64,000 bases of DNA from an archaeon (GCA_035355675.1 DAOQRN010000002.1:1986-65985), one strand, 5' to 3'. Counted from the stretch's first letter, positions 38,360 through 48,732 are shown. Numbers and translations: made by a program. The notes: generated by a model from the letters alone, not told the origin.

Positions 38360-39394
38360 TTATTCTAATTTATATCTAAGTATTGCACAAACTCCGCTCA
38401 AGTTTTGAATTATTTTTTCTTGAGGGTTTTTTGAGGATATTACAAATATTTTACATTTTGTTGTTTCTGCAAGATCCATTATTTTTTCTATTTCTTTTCT
38501 TTCTTGCATTAGTGATGTTTCACTAATTAATAATTTTTCAACAGCGCCAAGTTCTAGTGCTTCTATCACTTTATCTTTTCCGTACTCTGTTTTTCCTTTT
38601 GATATTAGGGATAAGAATTCTTCAATTACTTCCCCTTCTTGACTTAATTGTAGTTCTTTTTCGAGGGTTTTTAGTTTTCCTTGGGTTATTAGTTCTTTAA
38701 AACCAGTTTCGCTTATTTCATTTGTTGTTTCAATAAATGCTTGGGGGAATCCTTTTTGTTTTTTTTCTTCATAAAATTTTTTAAAATTCTCTTTAGTGAA
38801 TCCTGGTCCCACTATTAGTATTTTTTTTGGTTCAAGTACAGTTATTTTTTCCATTACTTTTTCAAAGTAATCACTTTTTTCTTCAGCAAATCTTTTTCCA
38901 CTTTTTTTTGACTTTATTTTTGCTTTTTTAATTAATGAAAATTGGTTAACAAAAGCAAGTTCTGCTGACTCATCATCAAGTAAAACAATAAGTAGTTTTG
39001 TTGTTGCGCTTTCTTTTTCAACTTTTTTTAATCTATCAATTTGCCATTCTTTAATTGATTTCTTTTTTATAATTACTTTTTCTCCTTTTTCAAGATCAAT
39101 ACTTTGGTGGCTTTTTAGTTGTATCATTTCTTCTGGTTTTCCACTAATAATAATACCACTTGCTCTAAGATTTTCACTATATTCTTGGAAATGAACTTCT
39201 TTTATCTCAAGTTCAACAAAAATTGTTATTCTTTGTGTTTTTTCTCCTTCTCTCTCTGCTTTTATTTTTCTATCAGTTTTTCCTTTAATAATGTCACCAC
39301 TTTCAATTATTTTTTCAAGATGCCAAAGGTCTTCGCTAGTTTCTGGTATTAAAATAAGTTCATTATATTTTTTATCAATTTTTAGTATTTTCAT
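38360..39394 (-). CDS. pelA: Pelota/Dom34
   Basis: EDLWHL, GPGFTK, GAVEKLLI, AILRY; ATG at 39394. Confidence 0.93.
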   Translation of the reverse strand: MKILKIDKKYNELILIPETSEDLWHLEKIIESGDIIKGKTDRKIKAEREGEKTQRITIFVELEIKEVHFQEYSENLRASGIIISGKPEEMIQLKSHQSIDLEKGEKVIIKKKSIKEWQIDRLKKVEKESATTKLLIVLLDDESAELAFVNQFSLIKKAKIKSKKSGKRFAEEKSDYFEKVMEKITVLEPKKILIVGPGFTKENFKKFYEEKKQKGFPQAFIETTNEISETGFKELITQGKLKTLEKELQLSQEGEVIEEFLSLISKGKTEYGKDKVIEALELGAVEKLLISETSLMQERKEIEKIMDLAETTKCKIFVISSKNPQEKIIQNLSGVCAILRYKLE

Positions 39395-39407
39395 TTTCTC
39401 ACAACAA

Positions 39408-41171
39408 TTATTTATAATATCTGTTTTCTTTTTTTTGTTCTCTATCAAGTACTGAATCGTGTTTATTTATTCTTGGTCTTTTTGTATCTTTGTCTCTTCT
39501 TACTGTAATGTCTAAATATTTCAACAAGTGGTTCATTCCTTCATTTATCCCAAATGGTCCTGTTGCTTTTCCATTTTTTGTTGGTTCTCCTGTGAAAACC
39601 ATTATTTTGTCACTCACATAATCCATAAATGTTAAATCATGATCAATTATTATTGCTGAACAATTTTTTATATCAATATAATTTCTAATTAGTTTTCCTA
39701 CAGCAAGTCTTTGTTCTACATCTAAATAAGCACTTGGTTCGTCAAGTAAATACACATCAGCTTTTTTGCTTAAACAAATAGCAATGGATAATCTTTGGAA
39801 TTCTCCTCCTGAAAGTGTTTTTGCTTTTTTTTCTAAAAGGGGCTCTAATTCAAGAGGTTTTAATAAATTGTTTCGAACTTCTTCCATGTTTATTCCTTCA
39901 AATAGTTCTTGAACAGTTTTTTCACCAACATAATTGATATATTGTGGTTTGTAAGATATTTTTACTCTTTGTTGAATTTCTGTGTTATCTGCTTTTATTT
40001 CTCCCGCAAGTATTTTCATAAATGTTGTTTTTCCTATTCCATTTGGACCGATTATTCCAACTATTTCATTTTTTTGTATTTTATTTTCTTCTACAGTTAG
40101 TTCAAATTCTCCTAATTTCTTTTTTAGTTCAGGCCACTGAATAATTTTTTCTTTTTTTCCTGTATTTTCAGTTTTTATTGTTGAGTAAAAGTTTATTTGG
40201 TATTCTCTAAATTTATAGTTTTCTTCTTTTGAAAATCCCTCTAAATAATCATTAATCCCTTCTCTTGTTGTTTTTATTTGTGAAACAAATCCATAAACTT
40301 TTGGTTTTCCATAAATTAAGTGTACAAAATCACTTAAATAATCAAGTAAAATAAGGTCGTGTTCTACTACTAATACTGTTGAGTTTTCTGCAAGTTTTCT
40401 AATAAATTTTGCAACTCTTAATCTTTCTCGGATATCCAAAAATGATGTTGGTTCATCAAAAAAATAAACTTCTGCTTTTTTTAGTGCAGTTGCAGCGATT
40501 GCTATTTTTTGGAATTCTCCTCCTGAAAGTTTGGATGAATCTCTATCCAGAATGTTTTCTATTTGTAGTTCTTTTGCGATAACATCAAGTTCTTTTTTTT
40601 CATCAACTTTTAATAATAATTCCCCAACAGTTCCTGTAGGTTTTATTGCTTCAATATTTTGCGGTTTTACAGCAATAGTTATTCCATTGTTGTATACTTT
40701 TTTAAAAAACTCTTGTTCTTTTTTTCCACGGTAATATTCAATTACTTTTTTTTGAGCACTTTCTTTTTCTTCATTTTTTTCACCAAAATTTGGAATAATA
40801 TTTCCTGAAAGTATTTTTGTAATCGTTGTTTTTCCTATTCCATTTCTTCCAACAAGTCCAACTACACTATTTTCTTTTGGTACTGGGAGTCCATGTAACC
40901 TAAAAGTGTTTTTTCCAAAAGAATGGATTGGTTCTCCAAGATTTATCATTACATTAACAATACTTATTGCGCCAAAAGGACATTTATTTTGACAAATTTC
41001 ACAACCTATGCATTGTTCTTCAGAAATTATTGGTTTTTGTAGGTTTTCATGAGTTATGCATTTTTTCCCGGTTCTATTTACTGGGCATACTTTTTCACAT
41101 AAATAGTTTCCACATTTTTCAAAATTACAAACATCATAATTTATTACAGCTATTCTTTTTTTAGAATTCAT
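39408..41171 (-). CDS. Ribosome recycling ATPase ABCE1/Rli
   Basis: N-terminal Cys clusters (CIGCEICQNKCPF), two ABC domains, RPRINK. Confidence 0.96.
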   Translation of the reverse strand: MNSKKRIAVINYDVCNFEKCGNYLCEKVCPVNRTGKKCITHENLQKPIISEEQCIGCEICQNKCPFGAISIVNVMINLGEPIHSFGKNTFRLHGLPVPKENSVVGLVGRNGIGKTTITKILSGNIIPNFGEKNEEKESAQKKVIEYYRGKKEQEFFKKVYNNGITIAVKPQNIEAIKPTGTVGELLLKVDEKKELDVIAKELQIENILDRDSSKLSGGEFQKIAIAATALKKAEVYFFDEPTSFLDIRERLRVAKFIRKLAENSTVLVVEHDLILLDYLSDFVHLIYGKPKVYGFVSQIKTTREGINDYLEGFSKEENYKFREYQINFYSTIKTENTGKKEKIIQWPELKKKLGEFELTVEENKIQKNEIVGIIGPNGIGKTTFMKILAGEIKADNTEIQQRVKISYKPQYINYVGEKTVQELFEGINMEEVRNNLLKPLELEPLLEKKAKTLSGGEFQRLSIAICLSKKADVYLLDEPSAYLDVEQRLAVGKLIRNYIDIKNCSAIIIDHDLTFMDYVSDKIMVFTGEPTKNGKATGPFGINEGMNHLLKYLDITVRRDKDTKRPRINKHDSVLDREQKKENRYYK

Positions 41172-41244
41172 GGGTACTCACATAATTATTCATTTTAAGC
41201 GAATTATTATAAATCCGTATATTGTTATTTTTAAATTTTTTTAC

Positions 41245-41658
41245 TCATTTTAAAGGATTACCTTTGATAATAATGGTTTTTAGAAAATTATTATAATAAT
41301 TTTTTGTTCCAGTATTTATTAAAGTGGTACAATTTAAGTCATGTGTAATTTGATTAAGATCGTTAGTTTGAATTACTTTCCAATTATCAGTAGTGCATTT
41401 TGTTTGATTAAAAGTTTTATTAAAAATTTGATTTGCAGTGCTATTAAAATCCCTAATTATTTTTCTGTGTTCTGCATTCCAGTTATAGTACCATGCTTTT
41501 TCATTTAATGTGATTGTATAATTATTTAATTTTATTGCGTCTTCATAATAATAATTGTAAATACCATTTTCTTGTGTTTCTTGATTATTTTCAGAAATCA
41601 AAAATATGCTTATTATTGAAATTAATATTACCATAATTATGGTTGCGTATCCTTTCAT
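41245..41658 (-). CDS. Pilin-like protein
   Basis: MKG/YATIIMV hydrophobic N-terminus; overlapping operon. Confidence 0.65.
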   Translation of the reverse strand: MKGYATIIMVILISIISIFLISENNQETQENGIYNYYYEDAIKLNNYTITLNEKAWYYNWNAEHRKIIRDFNSTANQIFNKTFNQTKCTTDNWKVIQTNDLNQITHDLNCTTLINTGTKNYYNNFLKTIIIKGNPLK

Positions 41659-41915
41659 TTTATTTCCTCACAATATTTTTTAAGATCCAAATTTCCACTA
41701 ATAAAATTAATATCCAAATAGTCTTTACAATAAGAATGATTTTCAGTTATTGTTGAGTTTTCATTTGTATAAATTGTACTACCATAATTTATATTTACCA
41801 AAGAAATATTTGAGGTTTTTGGGGGTGTATCATTATTTACTTGTAAAAATAAGAATACTAATAAGATTGAAACTACTAATAAAGCCTCAATTGTGAAAAT
41901 AAATCCTTTTTTCAT
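41655..41915 (-). CDS. Class III signal peptide protein
   Basis: KKG/FIFTIEALL. Confidence 0.8.
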   Translation of the reverse strand: MKKGFIFTIEALLVVSILLVFLFLQVNNDTPPKTSNISLVNINYGSTIYTNENSTITENHSYCKDYLDINFISGNLDLKKYCEEIK

Positions 41916-42409
41916 TTTCCCACCTTTAAAATTATTTTTTCTTTAGTTAAAAAATTTTTAAAGCAATTATTATTTAAGCAATTTGTAAGATCCATGTTAA
42001 TATAATCTGTACTTTTTTCACAAGTCATTATTTCTGTTTCAATAGCAAAAATATTTTTTTTATCAATTAGTTGTGGGGTATAATTTTTATTATTTACAAT
42101 AAGTTCTAAATCATAATTTAATAATCCAATTTCTTCTTTAATATTAGTTTTTTGTAATAATTTTCTTTTATCAATAGTGTTTTTTAGAGTTGTTCCATTT
42201 AGTTCACAATTGTATTGTGTGTTTGCAAGTAATATCATTAATGAACTATTTAAAGAATCTTCCATGTTTTTTTTCTCAATATATTCTTTAGTGTTATAAT
42301 TGTTTAGTTCGCTTGTTTGAATTATCATTCCAATTATTAGAATTACTAAAATCATGGACATTAAAAAATCTAATGAAAATATTTGTCCTTTTGGATTTAT
42401 TTTAAACAT
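41912..42409 (-). CDS. Class III signal peptide protein
   Basis: KG/QIFSLDFL. Confidence 0.8.
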   Translation of the reverse strand: MFKINPKGQIFSLDFLMSMILVILIIGMIIQTSELNNYNTKEYIEKKNMEDSLNSSLMILLANTQYNCELNGTTLKNTIDKRKLLQKTNIKEEIGLLNYDLELIVNNKNYTPQLIDKKNIFAIETEIMTCEKSTDYINMDLTNCLNNNCFKNFLTKEKIILKVGK

Positions 42410-42797
42410 TTCTTATCACCATATCATTTTCGATTTTTTCAATTATTAAATTTTTTGGAATTTTTGAAGAGTGTGTGCTTTTTATATTTTTTCCAGTTAA
42501 ATTTTCACTAATTTCAAAAGTATTTTCATCGATAATTGTAAAATTTGGAGTGAATGTTGTATTTTTATAAATTACTTTTCTTAAAGTTATTTTTGAATAA
42601 AAATTTGTGTCACTTAAAGTTTGAGCAGTGTTTATTAATAAACTAATTTCATTACCTTGTTCTTTTAATTGATTTTGTAAAAAAATATCTTCTTGAGTTT
42701 CTTTGATATCATTCCCAATTAGGGATAAACCACTTAATGCAACAAATATTGCAAGGATAGTTATTAATAAATCAAGGCTTATTTGTCCATTTTTCAT
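42402..42797 (-). CDS. Class III signal peptide protein
   Basis: NG/QISLDLL. Confidence 0.8.
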   Translation of the reverse strand: MKNGQISLDLLITILAIFVALSGLSLIGNDIKETQEDIFLQNQLKEQGNEISLLINTAQTLSDTNFYSKITLRKVIYKNTTFTPNFTIIDENTFEISENLTGKNIKSTHSSKIPKNLIIEKIENDMVIRNV

Positions 42798-42851
42798 GTT
42801 TATTTATTAGTTTTTTATATTTTTAATTGTGTCTTTTTTGTTTTTTATTTA

Positions 42852-43211
42852 TTATTCAATTAAAACTATTTTAATTTCTTCCCCTTTTTCATTATAAAAT
42901 TTTATGTTTTCTAATTTAAAACTATTATCAATTATTCCATTTATGGAGTAATTTTGAAAAAATTTTTTATCTTCTTTACTTGGGTGATTTTCTCCTAAGG
43001 GGTGGGAGTGGATTGTTCCAACAATTTTATTGTCAAACGGAATTATTAAAGAATTTATTTCTACAAATGTTTCTCCTGCAATATTTGGTAAATATACAAT
43101 TTGATCAATTATTTCATTATTTTTTGATAAAAAAATTAACATTTCTTTTGGAAAATTATTTTTTGCAGAATTGCAAATTTCTTGAAGTAGTTGTTTTTTT
43201 ATTTTAAACAT
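42852..43211 (-). CDS. JAB/MPN+ (JAMM) metalloprotease
   Basis: FPKE..HSHP..PSKED intact JAMM motif; ATG at 43211. Confidence 0.88.
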   Translation of the reverse strand: MFKIKKQLLQEICNSAKNNFPKEMLIFLSKNNEIIDQIVYLPNIAGETFVEINSLIIPFDNKIVGTIHSHPLGENHPSKEDKKFFQNYSINGIIDNSFKLENIKFYNEKGEEIKIVLIE

Positions 43212-43213
43212 AA

Positions 43214-44374
43214 TTATATTAGTATGAATAAGTAAAAAAATAGAGTGGGTATAATTAGCGAGTTCATACATAGACTTCTTTTAACTTTTTTACTTATTGT
43301 AAATAATCCAAGGCTTGTTGAAAAAATAAGGGTTATTATTCCAAGAATTCCACCAGTTATTATTGTTGCAAAAATCATGATTAAAAGACTGATTATGTTT
43401 AATTTTCTAGTTAAATTTTCATTAAAAAAGTTTATCATTATTTTTGATAATTGGATTGTTGCAAATCCCCCAATTCCTGCAGAAATTACCATTATTATAA
43501 TTCCAAGAATCATTGTTTCTTGGGTTAATGTAATTTTATCTTGTAGAAAAATCATTGCCCCGTTTCTTGTTTTTTTTAATGCGAATAGAGTAATAAATCC
43601 AAAGAAAAAATTTGCTGTATTTATGCTTCCAAGCATTGTTAAGTAGTTTTTTTCTTGAATTTTTAGTTTAAAAGTTTTAATTATTGTTGCTGCAGTGTTA
43701 CTTCCAATACCTGGGATTATTGCAACAATTGTTCCCCCAATTAGTCCCAGTATTGGATCAGTTATTTTATTTTCAATATTTATTTCAGTATTTTGTTTTT
43801 TTATTATATTTTTTTCTTTTAATGAATACAATGTTGCGCTTACTCCAAAATATCCTGTAATTAGTGCAAATATTTGTCCACTAAATATCAATCCTTGTGT
43901 TGTTGCAATAAAGATTATAAAAATTGATATTATTTTTTTCCTAAAAGATTTTTCTTGTTGTATCATTATTATGGGGGTTAGGAGTAATATTATTGGAGTA
44001 ATTAAAATTATTTCTCTTTGATTTTGTTCAAGTAATAAAAATATTATTGGGGTTATTAGAACTCCCACAATTGTTGCTATTATTCCTCCAAATACTGTTA
44101 GAGTTATTGCGTTAATTCCTTCGCCTTGAATTAACATTTTGTGGGCGGGTAATACTCCTTCAAATGTTGTGGTTGAGGGCACCCCTAAAAATGTTGATGG
44201 GATAAATTCCACAAAGGTTTGAACTATTGACATACTTAGGACCAAAACCATTATTTCTTTTCCAAAAATTGGGCTTATTGCGATTAAAGCGATTATTGTG
44301 TTTGTGTGTAGGCCTGGGGTTAATCCAGCAATTATTCCAAATATTGATCCAAGGATTAGGTAAAAAATAATCAT
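43214..44374 (-). CDS. TctA-like (DUF112) membrane permease
   Basis: GLTPGLHTN, FIPSTFLGVP, VLPAHKM, many TMs. Confidence 0.85.
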   Translation of the reverse strand: MIIFYLILGSIFGIIAGLTPGLHTNTIIALIAISPIFGKEIMVLVLSMSIVQTFVEFIPSTFLGVPSTTTFEGVLPAHKMLIQGEGINAITLTVFGGIIATIVGVLITPIIFLLLEQNQREIILITPIILLLTPIIMIQQEKSFRKKIISIFIIFIATTQGLIFSGQIFALITGYFGVSATLYSLKEKNIIKKQNTEINIENKITDPILGLIGGTIVAIIPGIGSNTAATIIKTFKLKIQEKNYLTMLGSINTANFFFGFITLFALKKTRNGAMIFLQDKITLTQETMILGIIIMVISAGIGGFATIQLSKIMINFFNENLTRKLNIISLLIMIFATIITGGILGIITLIFSTSLGLFTISKKVKRSLCMNSLIIPTLFFYLFILI

Positions 44375-44700
44375 ATTTCTTTTATCACCTTGTATGCATA
44401 AAAGTTATTTTCTTTTTCTTTTTCGACATAGGCTGTGATAAAATCATTTTTTTGGATAGTAGTTTCTTTGGGGTAGTAGATTGTGGCTTTACTTCCATCA
44501 TTAAGAATTAGTATTGTTGAGGGGAAGTTTTTTACTACATATTCTACTTTTCCACTTATTATTCCTTTTGTAATTTTTTCATTATTAATTAATTCTTGGA
44601 TTGTTATTTTTTCAAATTCTTCTTTATAGAAAACTAAAAATCCAATAAATCCTATTAAAATAATTATCAAACAAATTTGTGAAATTTGTGTGTCGTTCAT
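44371..44700 (-). CDS. Membrane-anchored OB-fold-like protein
   Basis: N-terminal TM, ISGKV..LNDG beta pattern. Confidence 0.55.
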   Translation of the reverse strand: MNDTQISQICLIIILIGFIGFLVFYKEEFEKITIQELINNEKITKGIISGKVEYVVKNFPSTILILNDGSKATIYYPKETTIQKNDFITAYVEKEKENNFYAYKVIKEI

Positions 44701-44789
44701 ATTTTTTTGTTTTTTTAAAAGAATATAAACCCCAGTATTTTTTCGTTATTTGTCGTATTATTTTTGTGGGTTAAGTGTTGATTGTTTTT

Positions 44790-45146
44790 TTAAATTTTTC
44801 TTATTGTTATATTGAGTTGGACATTGTTAAGTTTTAAGTTTTCAACCATTTTTTGTTTAAATTTTGTTAAAAATTCAACGTTGTTTATTATTTTATTAGT
44901 TTCAATTGGGTCTTCAGTTAATATAACTAAATTTATTTTATTTAGGTTATTACTTTTTTCCAAAGTGATGCTTTCAATATAACTTGTAGAAGTTGTTTCA
45001 TTTAGTTTTTCAATAAATTCATTTTTTGTAAATATTATCAGGTTTGTATTTTCGGTTGTTTGAAAATAGAGGGATGTAATATAAATTGAAGCACTTAATA
45101 CAATAAGTGAAATAAATAATAATTCAAATGTTACTTGTCCTTTCAC
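44790..45146 (-). CDS. Class III signal peptide protein
   Basis: KG/QVTFELL. Confidence 0.82.
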   Translation of the reverse strand: MKGQVTFELLFISLIVLSASIYITSLYFQTTENTNLIIFTKNEFIEKLNETTSTSYIESITLEKSNNLNKINLVILTEDPIETNKIINNVEFLTKFKQKMVENLKLNNVQLNITIRKI

Positions 45147-45160
45147 TTAAATCATCCTTT

Positions 45161-45601
45161 TTAATTTATTATTATGTTGTTATCAATTTTTTGTAAAATT
45201 ATTGTTTGATTTTGAGTTAGTTCATTTTTTAGACATTTAAGGTCAGGGTTAACAAAATAGTTTTTGTCACATATGTCATTTGGACAATTTTTTGTTTCTG
45301 GATTATTTTTATTTTCATTTATTTTCACACTAAAACCAATATTTCCATCATTATAACAATATATTTTTCCATTTTCGGGTATTCTCAAAATTATTGTTTC
45401 TTTTGATCCATTACTAAAATTATTTAATCTGTTAATTCCTTGCATAATTTTCATACACTCATTATCTGTTTGTGTTAAATTTCTTATATCTGTTACTGAA
45501 GATTGAGCACTTTTTATCATGGGGTAGGTTACTGAAACAATATAAGTTATTATTAGCACAATTATTATTAGAAATTCTATTGAGGTTTGTCCTTTTTTCA
45601 T
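45161..45601 (-). CDS. Class III signal peptide protein
   Basis: KKG/QTSIEFL. Confidence 0.85.
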   Translation of the reverse strand: MKKGQTSIEFLIIIVLIITYIVSVTYPMIKSAQSSVTDIRNLTQTDNECMKIMQGINRLNNFSNGSKETIILRIPENGKIYCYNDGNIGFSVKINENKNNPETKNCPNDICDKNYFVNPDLKCLKNELTQNQTIILQKIDNNIIIN

Positions 45602-45605
45602 TTTT

Positions 45606-46685
45606 TCACCAAATTAGTATCCAAGCGTCACCAATGATTAAACAAAGTAAATACCCTATTAGCATTGTAGGAACAAAGGGCATTGATTCTTTTATTTTTA
45701 TGGTTTCGCCTATTTTTTTATTTTTGTATAATTTTTTAAGTAATTTTATTTCTTCTTCATTGAGGCCCCTAGCTTTAGTTGCAGAAATGATTTCATTTTT
45801 TTTTGAAAAAATTTCATTAATTTTATTTTCTTTTACAAGTTTTATTATTTGTTTAATTGAAAAATTTTGTTCTTTTACTTGATTTTTTTCAAAATATAAT
45901 GTTTTTGATGGTATCATTCCTTCTTTTAATTTACTAATTTTTACTGTTGTTTGAAGAACGGGTCCAAGGGATAACATTAGTTTTATTGTTCCATAAATAA
46001 ATATTATAAATATAAAACTTGTTAAGGTATTTTGTAAGGTTTGAAGCGGCAATATAATTAACCCAATAATAGAAATTAAAATTGTGATTATAATTTTTCC
46101 TTTTTTTAAAATTCCTATTAGTATTAATGTGGGAAGTATAATTAGTGATGGGATTTGTAGAAAATAAAAAATTGTTGATAATCCTCCAATTAGTATTGAT
46201 AAAATTATTCCATCAATTACTCTTTTTTTAGCGTCTTTTATTAAATTATTTCTTGCTTCTTTATTATTTTTTAATTTTAATAAAATAACAAGCATTGCAT
46301 ATGGTAAAAATCCAATTAGAGAATAAATAAATAAGGTTATTGCAAAGATTTGAAAATTAGAGTTTGTAAATTCTCCTATTTTTAATATTGCGGGCGTGAA
46401 TGGATTTAGTGCCCCTAGTGCCATGAATAATTTAACATCTCCTCCAGCAAATACTCCTATTTTCCAAAGAATCCATCCAAAAGTAAACCCTATTATTAAT
46501 CCAAGTAATGAAAATATTATTGGTAGTGGGGTTTGTTCGAAATAAGATTGAATTAAATAAATAATTAACCCAATTATTGCTAAAGAAAAGTTTAATTTGT
46601 TTGAAACAATTCTTTCTTTTAAATCAGTGTATGTTGCTATTAGTAATCCTATTATTGAAATAATTATTGTTAAGTAAAAATACAT
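45606..46685 (-). CDS. Prepilin peptidase (A24, EppA-like)
   Basis: YTDLKERIV, AGGDVKL, MPFVP; extended TM region. Confidence 0.92.
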   Translation of the reverse strand: MYFYLTIIISIIGLLIATYTDLKERIVSNKLNFSLAIIGLIIYLIQSYFEQTPLPIIFSLLGLIIGFTFGWILWKIGVFAGGDVKLFMALGALNPFTPAILKIGEFTNSNFQIFAITLFIYSLIGFLPYAMLVILLKLKNNKEARNNLIKDAKKRVIDGIILSILIGGLSTIFYFLQIPSLIILPTLILIGILKKGKIIITILISIIGLIILPLQTLQNTLTSFIFIIFIYGTIKLMLSLGPVLQTTVKISKLKEGMIPSKTLYFEKNQVKEQNFSIKQIIKLVKENKINEIFSKKNEIISATKARGLNEEEIKLLKKLYKNKKIGETIKIKESMPFVPTMLIGYLLCLIIGDAWILIW

Positions 46686-46744
46686 TGTTTATCAGAAGTT
46701 TAATGGATTTTCTTGATTAAAATACTTTTTGTTTAATTATTTTT

Positions 46745-46924
46745 TTATTTTTGCATTATTTGTTCTATTGTTTGGGTTCTTATTGTTAGTATTTCTGCTT
46801 GTGCTTCAAGTGCAAGTTGTCTTAGTGTTTCAACAATTAATGCAGTGCTTATTGCAAGTGAAATAACAAAAACAGCGGTCAGTAAATATTCAAAACTTAC
46901 TTGTGCTTTTTCTTCTTGTAACAT
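46745..46924 (-). CDS. Small pilin, 59 aa (not in ORF track)
   Basis: MLQEEKA/QVSFEYLLTAVFVISLAIST.. Confidence 0.85.
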   Translation of the reverse strand: MLQEEKAQVSFEYLLTAVFVISLAISTALIVETLRQLALEAQAEILTIRTQTIEQIMQK

Positions 46925-46928
46925 TTTT

Positions 46929-47276
46929 TCACTCCCATTTTAGTAATGGATCATTTTCATATTTTGGATCAAGTTTTCCTGGACAAATGCTGTTTGATTT
47001 TTTTGCAAAAACAAATTCTCCACTTGAAAGCATTTCTCCTCTATCAGATTTTTTTAAATAACATCCACACAATAGACTGTTTGTGTCAAGCCCGCCTTTT
47101 GATTTTGGTCCACAAAGGTAATCATAAGTGTTTCTATTTCCTGAATCAATTGTTGGTCCTAGTACTCCTGTCATATATGATACTACTACTGCGATTACAA
47201 TAATTGCAGCTCCTAATAATAACAAGTATTCTATTGCTCCCTGTCCTTTTTTTTCAAAAAAATTCATTCTAATCAC
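46929..47276 (-). CDS. Class III signal peptide pilin with four Cys
   Basis: KKG/QGAIEYLLLLG. Confidence 0.87.
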   Translation of the reverse strand: MIRMNFFEKKGQGAIEYLLLLGAAIIVIAVVVSYMTGVLGPTIDSGNRNTYDYLCGPKSKGGLDTNSLLCGCYLKKSDRGEMLSSGEFVFAKKSNSICPGKLDPKYENDPLLKWE

Positions 47277-47332
47277 TATTATGTAAATGTTTTTTTAGTA
47301 TTTAAAGTTAAGTAGTTTGATTAAAAAAGAAG

Positions 47333-47359
47333 TTGAAAAGGCATTTTTTGCCTTTTCAA
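47333..47359 (-). terminator. Hairpin + U-tract downstream of the probable major pilin
   Basis: TTGAAAAGGCA..TGCCTTTTCAA followed by CTTCTTTTTT on the minus strand. Confidence 0.65.
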
Positions 47360-47376
47360 AAAATTAAATGTTTTAA

Positions 47377-47595
47377 TTATGGTTCTTCTGTTGGTGCTAC
47401 ATACCCTGGACATCCTTCTACTGTGTTGTCTCTTAGGCAGTTTAGATCATTCATTTCATTATTATAGTCACCTGTACTTACATCATCTTGTGAACTAAGT
47501 ACTCCTGTTAGTGCTACTATTACAACAGCAACTACAAGTATTGCAGCTCCAATTATTAGTAAGTATTCTATTGCTCCTTGTGCTCTTTCTTCCAT
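47377..47595 (-). CDS. Probable major pilin
   Basis: RA/QGAIEYLLIIG; GGAGGG RBS, own TATA-like box and terminator. Confidence 0.88.
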   Translation of the reverse strand: MEERAQGAIEYLLIIGAAILVVAVVIVALTGVLSSQDDVSTGDYNNEMNDLNCLRDNTVEGCPGYVAPTEEP

Positions 47596-47650
47596 TGTTT
47601 TCCCTCCATTTTTAGTAAAAATAACTTATCTTATAAGGTTTTTCTCATTT

Positions 47651-47797
47651 TTAAGGGTTTTGTTTTTGTTGTGTTTGGGTAGTTTCACTAATTGTGCTTG
47701 CAGTATTTTTCATAAATAAAGCAACTGCGGTTGCAATTACAACAACAAATAATAATCCTAAAATTACTTCAAATTGTGCTTGTGCTCTTTCTTCCAT
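47651..47797 (-). CDS. Small pilin, 48 aa (not in ORF track)
   Basis: MEERA/QAQFEVILGLLFVVVIATAVALFMK..; ATG directly after the upstream stop. Confidence 0.85.
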   Translation of the reverse strand: MEERAQAQFEVILGLLFVVVIATAVALFMKNTASTISETTQTQQKQNP

Positions 47798-48715
47798 CTA
47801 CATTGCCCCCATTAAAAATATTTTTAGTATAATTACTGATATATAATATACAATAAAAGCTGTTAATAATAGTATTGGGATGTAGATTATTGCTTTGTTA
47901 GGTTTTCCATCACGTATTAGTGCCATTATTGTTCCGCTTCCAATAACTTCAATTATTAAGTATCCTTGAGTGATTATTAGAATAAGATCACTGTTTGTTT
48001 TTGTTTGTATTGCTTGTGCGGCATTAATTTGGGTACTTAGCACTGTTGAAAACATTCCCATTATTGCAGTGATTTCTCCAAATATTATTGGTGCAATTAT
48101 TCCTCCTGCAGCTATCATAAATAAAAATTGCATTTGGGTGTTAGATTTTCTTTCTTCTTTTAATTTGTGCATGTCTCTTACATCTTCTGAAATGTCATCA
48201 AGTACTTCTGCAAGACTTGCTCCGGTTTTTATTGAATCAAGAATTATTGTTATTGTTCTCCGCACTAACTTTGAGTCAATTCTTTCAGAAAATCCTCTAA
48301 GCGAACTATCAATATTTGTTCCTTCTTCAAGTCTTCTTAAACTAATTTCCATTTCTTCAGATAGTCTTCCATAATCTGCATTTGCTACTTCTCTTAATGC
48401 ACTTTCATAAGTATCTCCTGCTTTAAGTGTGTCAGCCATTTGTTTTAGTGCATCACTAAAGTTTGATTCAATTGAATCAATTATTGTTTCTTTTTTCATG
48501 TAGGGATAACCCAAACTTAGAACGAGTGTTGCAATTGCAAATGCTATTGGCAATAAATTTGCCTCTTTAATAAAAAAGGAACTTATAATTAATACTAAAA
48601 TGAATATTATGATTGTTGAAATTAAGGATAAAGTTATCCATTTTTTTGCATCATATTGTAGTCGGCAAAACTTTAATATGATTTCATAATCTTCAATCAA
48701 TTTTTTTATTTCCAT
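47798..48715 (-). CDS. Pilus platform protein (T2SS F / TadB-TadC like)
   Basis: FSDALKQMADTLKAG..YGRLSEE..GASLAEVL. Confidence 0.9.
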   Translation of the reverse strand: MEIKKLIEDYEIILKFCRLQYDAKKWITLSLISTIIIFILVLIISSFFIKEANLLPIAFAIATLVLSLGYPYMKKETIIDSIESNFSDALKQMADTLKAGDTYESALREVANADYGRLSEEMEISLRRLEEGTNIDSSLRGFSERIDSKLVRRTITIILDSIKTGASLAEVLDDISEDVRDMHKLKEERKSNTQMQFLFMIAAGGIIAPIIFGEITAIMGMFSTVLSTQINAAQAIQTKTNSDLILIITQGYLIIEVIGSGTIMALIRDGKPNKAIIYIPILLLTAFIVYYISVIILKIFLMGAM

Positions 48716-48732
48716 TTTTTATCACTACTTTT

